Positions 29,814-41,800 of a DNA stretch of 64,000 bases are shown piece after piece; the first letter of the stretch is position 1, and every line of letters begins with the position of its first letter. Below the pieces are notes generated by a model that had not been told where the DNA came from, searched no databases, and saw only the letters and a list, made by a program, of their open reading frames with translations. The DNA comes from Mytilus edulis (lineage: Eukaryota), in contig NC_092345.1 of the NCBI RefSeq assembly GCF_963676685.1, positions 57,536,001 to 57,600,000 on the forward strand. Direction: 5' to 3'. The position numbers were made by a program, and so were the translations under genes.

Positions 29814-32800
29814 AGACTGTAGTCATTGGATACTGTAAATCATTCAGGTAGTCTTGACCTATTTATTTGTACAAAAAAAAAAAAAAAAAAAAAAAAAAAC
29901 CCAGCCAGTAGTCATTGGATACTGTAGATCATTTAGGTAGTCTTGACTCTTGACCTATTCATTTGTATTAAAAAAAAAACCAGTCAGTTGTCATCTTCAC
30001 TTCACACACTCATCTACAAATATCAATTATATACTTACGAGACATGTTGCAATGTTCAACTTATTACGGTATGTGGAAATCAAGACTTGCATGAAAAATA
30101 TCCCAATATTAGAGGCAATGGCGTCATTTTTCCTCAGAGCTTTCAGCTCTTTGATTAATTTTTACCCTTGAATGAATATATATCTATTCTTAGTCAAAGA
30201 TTTTGGTATCTTATAAAATGTCAGAATATTAATTTTTTTAATATTAGATAATTTATTGGGTCAAATGTATTTCTGATTTTTTTTTATGATTAAAGGTTAT
30301 TCCTGTTATCAATTATTATGTTGTTCTTTTAAAAGGTGGTCAAGGGGTACCAGATCAATGCCATAACAACAATTTGTATCCAACTTACCAAAAACGACCT
30401 TGTCAACTATGTGAGTCATTAAAACCTACATCAATGGGTGAATGGTCAGACTGTATCCTAGAACCAGTCAGACATGACTATATAACCAATCAACCAGAAC
30501 TGACTAGCAGTAGAGGAAAGAGGACTCGTAACACAACCTCACTTGATATGGGATACATTTGTGGAACAGGAAAAAGAATTAAAGTAGTGGCCTGTAGTAA
30601 CCAAGGATTAGGGATAGAGTCAGCAGACAAATGTAATGGAGCAGGTAACTGTCTCTTATATTTCTATCAATACTTGTAAGCTTAGCTGTACGGGCTTTCT
30701 TTGTGTTACCACAGTTAAATTTTAGGAAAATGATATAGAAAATTAATAGATTTACGTTGACTGAAGTCTAAAGCTGCAACCATCATATATGTTGAATGAA
30801 GAACACGATACAAAAGTCCTATTTTACCTAACCCCTTGAAAATACAACTGCTATAAGATTGAAGATTGTGCTTAAATTTAACTCTACCTTTCTTACAGGT
30901 TATGAAGAAGAGGTATGTTTAATACCATGTCCAGTAGATTGTGAGATGTCTGATTGGACGACTTGGAGCGAATGTCCTGCTAAATGTGGTGCTGGTGTAC
31001 AAACAAGATATCGTAGTATCCGTAGACTTCCATCAGCAGGAGGCAGACAATGTCCATCACTTGGTGCTTCAAGCAAGGTTACTCTTTGTTTGTGTTTGTT
31101 TCATCTGCTCCAATTGTGTTTATTAAAAAATAAAGATACATAATTGCTATAGGCTACACTCAGATGAAAAGTTTTATTAACAACTTTAATCATCTTCTTT
31201 TGCAGTTTTCAGATTTATAGGAACTCTTCAAAGTCTTGTAATGTTGAGTTTTATTAAATACTTAATAGAGAGTCAAAAAACAAAAAAAATATTTATGTAC
31301 AAATTTCGTTCTGTATCAGTCAAGTATAAATACTAGCTTTATCCTTTCAAGGAACATACTATTTTTTTATTTTTATTTTAGGAAGTACAAACAAGGCTTT
31401 GTCATCCTGAGTGTGTACGATATGTATGGAAAACAAAAGCTTGGGGTACTTGTATTCCTCATAATCAACAGATCTGTGGTAATGGAACTCAGACAAGACA
31501 TGTTAGGTAGGTATTAAAATAGTTTACCACAATCCTTTCTTATGTTATTCAATACACTGTTTATTTCATGTGCTTGATAACCTTTTTATTCTGGTGATTA
31601 TAACAAGTTCAGGAAAATCTCAACATGCCTTACATTTTAAGCATTCTGACTTGCCATTGATCAAGACTTCTTAATGATAGAATAGAAAGACTGGACATCA
31701 CTTTTAAGTTCTACTTCTGTACAATGTACTTTATGTTATGCCATCATGTATTTAATTTCCGATAATAAATTCTTTTCATTTCTTTAGGAAATTAATATGC
31801 ATTTAAGTATGAATAATCAACTTGGTCATTATGGTCAAGGTGCTTTTGATTAATTGAGAATTCTTACTCTGGGTCCATGAATGCAAGTTCTGACCAAAAG
31901 GAAAGAAGCTGTTCATCAGTCAATTGAATGCATTTATCTCTGAATTTATTTTTATACGACTGAAAAATTGAAAAATTTTTGGTCATATATTGGTATCACG
32001 TTGGCGTCAGCGTCGTCGTCGTCCGAATACTTTTGGTTTTCGCACTTTAACTTTTGTTTAAGTGAATAGAAATCTATGAAATTTAAACAATAGGTTTATG
32101 ACCACAAAAGGAAGGTTGGGATTGATTTTGGAAGTTTTGGTCCCAACAGTTTAGGAATTAGGGGCCATAAAGGGCCCAAATAAGCATTTTCTTGGTTTTC
32201 GCACTATTACTTTAGTTTAAGTAAATAGAAATCTATGAAATTTTGACACAAGGTTTATGACCACAAAAGGAAGGTTGGGATTGATTTTGGGAGTTTTGAT
32301 TCCAACTGTTTAGGAATTAGGGGCCAAAAAAGGGCCAAATAAGCATTATTCTTGGTTTTCGCACAATAACTTTAGTATAAGTAAATAAAAATCAGTGAAA
32401 TTTAAATACAAGGTTTATGAACACAAAAGGAAGGTTGGTATTGATTTTGGGAGTTAAGATCCCAACAGTTTAGGAATTAGGGGCCAAAAAGGGACCCAAA
32501 TAAGCATTTTTCTTAGTTTTCGCACCATAACTTTAGTATAATTAAATAGAAATCTATGAAATTTAAACACAAGGTTTATGACCATAAAAGGAAGTTTGGG
32601 ATTGATTTTGGGAGTTTTGGTCCCTACAGTTTAGGAATAAGGGCCCAAAGGGTCCAAAATTAAACTTTGTTTGATTTCATCAAAAAATTAATAATTGAGG
32701 TTCTTTGATATATGCTGAATCTAAGTGTGTATGTAGATTCTTAATTTTTTGGTCCCGTCTTCAAATTGGTCTACATTAAGGTCCAAAGGGTCCAAAATTA

Positions 32801-35800
32801 AACTTAGTTTGATTTTAACAAAAATTGAATCATTGGGGTTCTTTGATATGCTGAATCTAAAAATGTACTTAGATTTTTTATTATTGGCCCAGTTTTCAAG
32901 TTGGTTCAAATTGGGGTCCAAAATTAATCTTTGTTTGATTTCATCAAAAATTGAATAATTGGTGTTCTTTGATATGCCAAATCTAACTGTGTATGTAGAT
33001 TCTAAATTTTTGGTCCCGTTTTCAAATTGGTCTACATTAAAGTCCAAAGGGTCCAAAATTAAACTAAGATTGATTTTAACAAAAATTGAATTTTTGGGCT
33101 TCTTTGATATGCTGAATCTAAACATGTACTTAGATTTTTGATAATGGGCCCAGTTTTCAAGTTGGTCCAAATCAGGATCCAAAATTATTATATTAAGTAT
33201 TGTGCAAGAAATTTTCAATTACACAGTATTGAGCAATAGCAAGAAATCATCAATTGCACAGTATTGTACAATAGTAAGAAATTTTCGATTGCACAGTATT
33301 GTGCAATAGCAAGAAATATTCAATTGCACAGTATTGTGCAATAGCAAGTATTTTCAATTGCACGGTATTGCGCAATAGCAAGAAATATTTAATTGCACAA
33401 TATTGTGCAATAGCAATAAATTTTCAATTGGAGTTATCTTTCTTTGTCCAGAATAGTAGTTGAATCAACTTAAATCATTGTTTTATACAATATACAATGT
33501 ATTCACTTTTACTACCAACGGATAAATTAAAACTGTCTTTACCATTCAGTGATAACAAGCACTTTTTTACATTTTAATATTTTATGAATTTAAAAGAGTA
33601 GTTATTGTTGCAAACTCCATTAGAAATTTGAATTGAGATCCTTTTTGGAATAAGGGCAAGGGGGATGTGAAAAAAAAATTTGGGGGAGGGGGGGTGTTTT
33701 CAATTTTTCTCATTTCAGATTTCATAAATAAAAAGAAAATTTCTTAAACATTTTTTTGAGAGGATTAATATTCAACAGCATAGTGAATTGCTCAAAGGCA
33801 AAAAACGAATTTTAAGTTTATTAGACCACATTCATTCTGTGTCAGAAACCTATGCTGTGTCAACTATTTAATCACAATCCAAATTTAGAGCTGAATCCAG
33901 CTTGAATGTTGTGTCCATACTTGCCCCAACCGTTCAGGGTTCAACCTCTGCGGTCGTATAAAGCTGCACCCTGCAGAGCATCTGGTTCAATTTTGCAAAT
34001 GCTGCATTGAAATGAAACAATACATTTTTGTAAATTTTGACTATGCATTAAATCTAAGAAAGCAATTTGAAAGTAGTCTTTTGAAATGGATTTCTGTTGA
34101 TGATAATTATCTTAGTGATGTTTTCAACCTGTAAATCAAATTAAATGTATTAAAGAAAAAGTCAGAACACTAAATCTTGTCATTGAACTTTAAAAGGAAA
34201 CAATTGTTTTTTCATGTCAGAGACTAATCAAGTTTTTGAATTATGCAAACATATTTAAATGTTTCACTTTTGTGATTGGCAATGGAAAAAAAATATATCA
34301 GAAGTAAAATGAAATGGATGGCTGGGTAACTTGAAAATGCACAATTTTTTGTATTTTTTGTTTGTTGGGTATTTTTTTGTTGTTGTTGTTGTTGGGGGGG
34401 GGGGGGGGGGGGGGATAGGGTCATCGGTTTTTATTTTGATTTGGGTTATTATGAGCTGGTGATGGAAAATGATGTATACTTGTTTCAGCAGTGTCCAATA
34501 ATGATTCGAAAACCTAAATTTACAAAGTATTATAAATTTTATGTGATTTATATAAAACTTTATTCCTTTATGACCATTAGATGTTATGCTGTGAATAGAC
34601 ATGGATTTACAACAAGTGCAGCCTCTGATGATGTGTGTGTAAATCAACGTCCTCCAAAAATGCAGCATTGTTATTTATATTGTTTGTCAGATTGTGTGGT
34701 CAGTGTTTGGACAGCATGGACTTCATGTAGCAAGGTAATCTTATTTTTTTTCTAAGGTTTAAACTGTTTGGTTCATTGATGAGAAAGTTTGACCCATCAC
34801 TTACTGTACATTGTGCAAGAAAGAAGATAGTTTTTAAATCATTGATCATACAGTTATTGGTTTGGTAGGAACTGGCTTTAATACAAATTGATTATAAAGT
34901 CCATCAATGTTTTGAAACTTTTGCATCAGAGTCATATTGTTTCTGGAAAATATCAATGTTTTTCAACTGCATCATTTGTATCTTTATGAGACATCTGATG
35001 TTTGAGAAAAATGAATAATAGAAGTATATCATTCCTTCATCAAACCCTCATTAGAACAAGAATATATGATGACAGAAATTACAAGTAATAGACATCGCAA
35101 ATGTCCTTGTAAAATATTTCTTGTGAAGAAACATCAGAAAAAAATAATTAGTATTTAGAAATGTACAGTATTAAGGCTTATCATATGAGTGTCATGTAAA
35201 ATTTTTTATGTTGTAAAAGATTATATTTGGTACAAGAATATGCCTTCCTGGTGACACCTTATTGTGAAGACTAAATTAGCTTTTATCTTTATTTTATAGC
35301 CCTGTAATCATAATGATAGACAAGTGAGGACAAGAGAAGTTTTACGTTACCTGAATTACAACAACTGTCCGGAGGTTCGTGAAACAAAACCCTGCATCAA
35401 AAATGACAATTGTATTGAGTACTATTGGGAATGGTCATCCTGGACGACTTGTTTAATAAACAATGGTATGGACAACTGTGGAGTAGGACATAAAGAAAGA
35501 TATTTAATCTGCAAGAACCACTTTGGCCACACTGTGGATAGTGAATTCTGTGAAGTGGTAAGTGTATAGTTGACAACAGTAACTGCATCAAATAGTTTTC
35601 TCAATTGTTTTATATTTTTCATGTCACAGCCTTTTATTACCGACTATACAGTATTGGTTATATCTATTGTTGACAATATGGTTGCATAAAATTGCTTTAA
35701 CATCCACTTAAATAATAATTGAAGATTGTTATACCCACATTAAGAAAAAATAACACACATTTTTTATGGTATTTTGTCTCAGCTTTATATAGTGATAGAA

Positions 35801-38800
35801 ATTGTAAAACATCTGACTCTATTTCTGGTTGAATACAGTATAGTTACCGGTAATTGCTTACATTTACTTCATTTGAAATCTGGTGGATAATCATCTTTTT
35901 GGCAATCATTTCACATCTTGTTTTTCTACTGTATATATATTATTGCAGGATGCAGATCCAGTTTCCGAGCCATCTGTTGTGTCTTGTGAAGAAGTCTGTG
36001 ATGTTGATTGTCTAGTGTCTGACTGGTCAACATGGTCATCCTGCAGCAAAACATGTGGCCTAGGTAATTTATTCAATATAAATTAAAACACATTTTCACT
36101 AATAATGATATGATACAAATTTTGACACTATATACTCTAGAAATAGAATTTTGTTTCAAGGCAAAGAAATTTCATTTAAATATGTAGAAATATTGAAGTT
36201 TCATGGAAAAAGAATATATCCAAGATGATTTTATTTTTAATTGTAATTATTAGGAGTCAGTCAAAGGGAGAGAACTATTGTGGAACAGTTCAGCAGAAAT
36301 GGAAGACCATGCCCAGATATTCTTAAGCAGAAGAAACCATGTTTCCAACAAGGCTGCTACTCTTGGACTGTCTCTGTCTGGTCAAACTGTACATCCCAGG
36401 TAAGATTTGTAAGCGTTATCCTGCATCATCAATTCTGTATTACATTTTTACCCTACATATAGTTCTCTCTTATATACTTTACACTAAAATTATATGACGA
36501 TGACAATAGTGACCTTTTCCTTCTGAAAAAAGTTCTCGACATTGTACAAAATTTGTATTAAATGAAGACATGTTTACAGCCACTCAAGTTTAAAGATTCT
36601 AAGAAATACAAGTTGATATATCAATTGAAAAAATAGAATAAAAGATGTTAAAGAAAGAAATACTACTCAGCTTGCAAATAAGGCCATGTTAGTTATAGTT
36701 GTCACTTTGCAACTGTTGCCCATCCATTAATTGACTTTTTTATCATCTACTCTAAATTTTATTGCTAATTTTAACCAGTGTATCAGATAGAGTAAATGGT
36801 AGAGAGGCTGATTCTTCTTTAGCTAATCAATAAAAGATTGCTGATATTAAATTCATTTTTCTATTTTCTAGCAGCTGAAAAATTTCAAGTAATAAGTTTT
36901 TGGTTTAAATCACCATCAATGAAATTTACAAAACTTATTAGTATATATAAGAGGGTAGTAATGCCCTTTACCGTCAGGCGTCAAACGGCCATTTTTGGCT
37001 ATTGTTAGCATCAAATTGATTTAAGTTTTACTGTGAATCGTCAAAATATCCTTATCCTGATTTGTCAGAGGTCTTAAATATATCATTACCATATTTTTGG
37101 AAAAAAATTAATGTGATTCTGATCATTCATCAAAATCATTCGATTTTTTATCGTCTAAAAGAAAGTGCATATTTTATCGTCATGCACCAAAAATTACCAT
37201 TAACGTCATTTTGAAAGAATTTTTACCGTTATTTGTCATAAAGGTACACCCATTCCCACCCTCATATTATTCATCAAGTCAAATTTTTTTTATTGTGATG
37301 ACAAGAGTTTTGTATTTGTTTTTTTCTATTTTAGTTTGGAATATGTGGACATGGGATACAGAAGAGAAATATATCTTGTATGAGTGAAGATGGTATTGCC
37401 TTAGCCCCAACCAAGTGTTCACCAGACCTTCATATACTCATTATGCAGGTGAGTAATGTTATCCAAGTTCTGTGGATTTTACAACTAATTTAGATAGTAA
37501 TGATGTACACATTTTATATAAGCTCATGTGCTAACTTTTGTAAAACACAAAATCATATATCCATGAAAAATATTTTTTTTCTTAATTCAAGATTATTTGT
37601 AACAATGAAAATAAGTGACTACACTAAATTACTGGAGTCCTCGACCAATCTTTCTAAAACAAAGATTTTATTATAACATTGTATCACTAATTCCAAAAAC
37701 TATTAACTGTGAAGAATATACATATAAATTCTATCATGGCATCTAGTGAGTTAGGATACTTCTCAATGTAAGACAGTTAAATTCTAAAATTTAGAACACA
37801 ATGCTTGGTAAATAATTTTTATAATGAAACTTTTTATCTCACTGCAATAGTCTTCTAAATGAGAATTAATATTAGCAACATGTCTATATTGTCTCATAGG
37901 CAATTTTACTAGAGGTCCATGGAAAGATATTTAAGGATGTTTGGTACTTTGTTTCAGAATAAAAAGCTTTTTTAAAGACTAATAAATGGATAGAATATAG
38001 CTAATGGAAATCAAAAGCAAAAATTAATGAAAGAACATGCTCTTGTTTTTGAGATATAAGCCATTGAAAATTTGGTGGGAAATGGTTTTCTCTATACATT
38101 TCATACTTTTAACATGGATTCTTTTTTTTATTTTTTGAAGACTGAGAGACCATGTACAGTACCGTGCCCTGGGGAATGTGTACTAACAGAATGGACTGAA
38201 TGGAATAGATGTTACTTGTCAAGGGAGGACTTCAGAACAGGTAAGTATTTCAATATCCTTTCATTCTGTGTTTTGAAATATTTGAGGCTTAATGCTATTG
38301 ACCCCCTCAAGAGAGAAACTGGTGTAAAAGAAGCTGCTTGGAATATTTCAAAGGAGAGAGACCAGTAAGATTATAGATAAAATTGGATTAGTTAAGGATG
38401 TTTGCTGCTCAGTTTCAAAATAAATAACTTTCCATAAAACTAGTAAATATTGATAGGGGATTAATTGAGGAATCAAAAGCCAAAACAATATAGGGGTCAC
38501 TGTGCTTATTTTCAAGATATTAGCCATTGGAATTTTGGCGAGAAAATGTTCTCTGTTGATTTTTAATAGCTTTATCATTGACCAGTTAAAGTTCTCAAAA
38601 ACTATTAATAAATAAATAAGATTTTATAAGACTTTTACAAATGGCTTATGATTATACATGTAAAAGATTTATTAAAAGAAAAATGGGAGTTCATGGGCAA
38701 AAAAATTTTAAGGCATTCAAATGGATAAAACCAGAGGATTTGGAAAATCTGACAAAAATTTCAAAACATGACAAGCAAACATCTTTAAAAATTAATCTTT

Positions 38801-41800
38801 CTTGAGGGTTATCTTTTAGAGAATGCGCTTTACTGCAATTCATTATTCATATGCAGATATCATGCAGTGGACTTTTGCTGAACAGTGGTAATACATTTCA
38901 AGAGATAGCACAGTGCAGTATAAGCATATGAGTACTAACATTATAATAATAGATAACTGTACCTGACCTAGACTACAATTATCATAAATAAGTTATCCAA
39001 CAAATCTGAGGACATACTCTTTTGGTTCTCTACTTCTTACAAAAGTCTCATTTGTTACTAGAAAATATAAAATTTAACCTTTTCTTCACCTCTACTTCAT
39101 TTCATCAAATTAACATATATTCAATTGGCACATGCAATAAGAGATCAAAGCAAAAAATGAATTTATACACAATGCCTATTACCACAAAATACAGATCTAG
39201 CTTGAATTCTGGTTGACCACAAAATACAGATCAAGTTTGAATTCTGGGTGCACCCCTTAAACCGTTCTAGAGTTATGCCCCTTCACAAATGAAAAAATTG
39301 CTGAATTTTTGTTTCTGTTCTTTAACTTTAGTCTGCCTCAACCAAACGCTATGAAACTTATACAAAATGCTTATTACCACAAAATACAGATCAAGTTTGA
39401 ATTGTGGGGTAATGACTAAATTTTCTAGAGTTGTGCCCCTTTACAACTGTTTTACACAATACTTATCACAACAAAACACAGACCAAGTACGAATTTTGGT
39501 AGTGTCACTTTTACTGTTCTACAGTTGTTTCCCTTTATAACTTTATATGATATGCAAGCAGGACATCATCTGTGTCCCATAAACACATTCCCAATTTATA
39601 TCATATTTGATAAAATTATAATATACTGTAAGAACTAGCCATTTCATGTAAAATCTCTCTCTCTCTCTAACTCACACTCTTTCTCCATTTTATTTTGATA
39701 CAGAAGGATTTTTACTTAATTTTAATTAAAAGTATGTTATATATTTGTTTTTCAGAGAGTTATAGGAGTCTAGGAGTTCAGAGTAGATCTAGAGCTGTGT
39801 TAGCATATCCTAAATTAAAGAATACACCTTGTCCAGACAAGTTGTGGGAAAAACGCCATTGTGTTGCTGAAGAAGGAATGTACTTTGAGTGGAGAACAAC
39901 TCCATGGAGTGTCGACCAACATAGAACTGTTTGGTGTGCAAGATCTGATGGACTTGTAGTCATAGGTATTAAATGTTTAATGCCAAAGGAAAAAGGAATT
40001 TTAGGGTTTCGAGGTTCTGAGTCTTTGTGTGTATTTGTTTAACCTACGGTAGTTTTATTAACTAGAGGAGTATTTTTTTACAATAATTGTATAAAATACA
40101 CATATTTTTATTGGATTGTTTTTGTCATAATCACTGAGCCTAAGCTAGAAATAAGTATATTTTATTGAAGTTGATATATAAATGAAACAACATGTCTTTT
40201 ATAATTTTTAAGTAAATATTTGCTTTTTCTCAATGTTATCTTCACAGTTGCTATATGTAGAAAGTCTGTAACATTATTTGTGAAAGTACAGAACTATGTA
40301 AATTTATCATATTACCTTTGATAACTATTATCATTTTAGGTGGATGTGATATTGAGAGACGTCCCTCAACCAACTTGAGATGTGAACCAGTTTGTCCAGT
40401 ACAAAGTCATTGTAACGATACAGATATCTGCATATGCCATGAAGGTTATGTAGCACAAACTAACTACAGAGGTATTCTTCAGGCCTGTTTAGAAGCTAAT
40501 GTTACTGTGGAAAAAGATGCTCAAGAAACAGGTCAAAGTAGGTTATTACTTTGTAAAAAAAACAACAAAATGTTAAGGATTTAGTTACGTTCTTCCAACT
40601 AACTTAATTGATATGCTTATTTCAATTTTGACCAATATTTTGAAATAAAGAATAAACCTCTCAATAAATATGTTATCTACTGTCAGGTGTAGGAATTATA
40701 TTTGAATTTATCCCATTTCTTTTATATACCAATATAATTCTATTCTGATCACTAGAAAATCTTTTGATTTTTCATACTGGGAATTAGACCTCATATCTGG
40801 TACACAGCAACCCAAAACAACTAAAAAAAACATATAGAGGTTGACTTAATTTCTTTAAAAAAAAGATGGGTCACTTTACAATATGTAACTCCTATATGTC
40901 TTAAAAAAAAGAATTAATTAATAGAGACTATCAGAGATCTGTCATCTACCCATAATTCTCCAAGTGACATTAAAGCACAAGAAACATTCACTGCCACCTG
41001 CCTTGATACATTTACATAATAAATTGACATGATAGAGCTCGGTATCTGAGATCTACCTGCATTCTCAGCCAACTGGTACATATTCATTTCATATACATTA
41101 ATGTCAGGAGTAACATTTTAGAATTTTATTAAATTTATTTGTTGGTTTTTAGAAAAAGAAGAGACCAGTATATGGATGTATGCAGTTTTAGCTGCTGGAA
41201 CTGTCTTTATTATATTTGTGGCTCTAGCTTTCTATAACATGAGGTAATTGTATTTTACTTTTCAGTGAAAGTATTTTGTTAAAAGAGATGTTCTTTTATA
41301 TAAATGTTAGATGTTTAGATGTGTTAACTCTTTGTACTAAAATTGTAATGCAAGGCAGAAAAGTTTATCTCTTCTTGATAAAGAGTAAAAAAAAAACTTC
41401 GAACCAAGACTTTTAAGTAACAGTATTAGTTTTATCTGCCTGTCTGTATGACACTTTTGTGATGCACAAGGCTTCTCAAGATAAATATTTTGGAAGTAGA
41501 TGTCATGATTAGTAAAAGTAAAACTGCAGTCTTTATATCATGTATATGAGGTTGATATGTAATAATGGAACCAGCGGAAATAGATAAATATAGTTCATAC
41601 AACATCACATTGACTTTGTGTAATTGCTACAATTGTTATTAATTAATCTACTGCAGCCTTGTCAAATGGTCATAAATGCCTTATGTATATTTAGATCTAT
41701 ATTAAATGAGGTTTTATATCATTGTTCAGGCTGCTTTTACAACCTTTAATAGGATTTTTTAAGTATCAAGTAATCAAACATTGAGAGAAATTTCGGGATA

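Noticed and set aside
32721-33218. 165-aa repetitive ORF
   Set aside because: It lies within the tandem arrays of the Helentron-like element.
34224-34424. Poly-Pro/Gln ORF and a G21 run
   Set aside because: An intronic homopolymer plus (tgt)n microsatellite; no evidence of coding or function.
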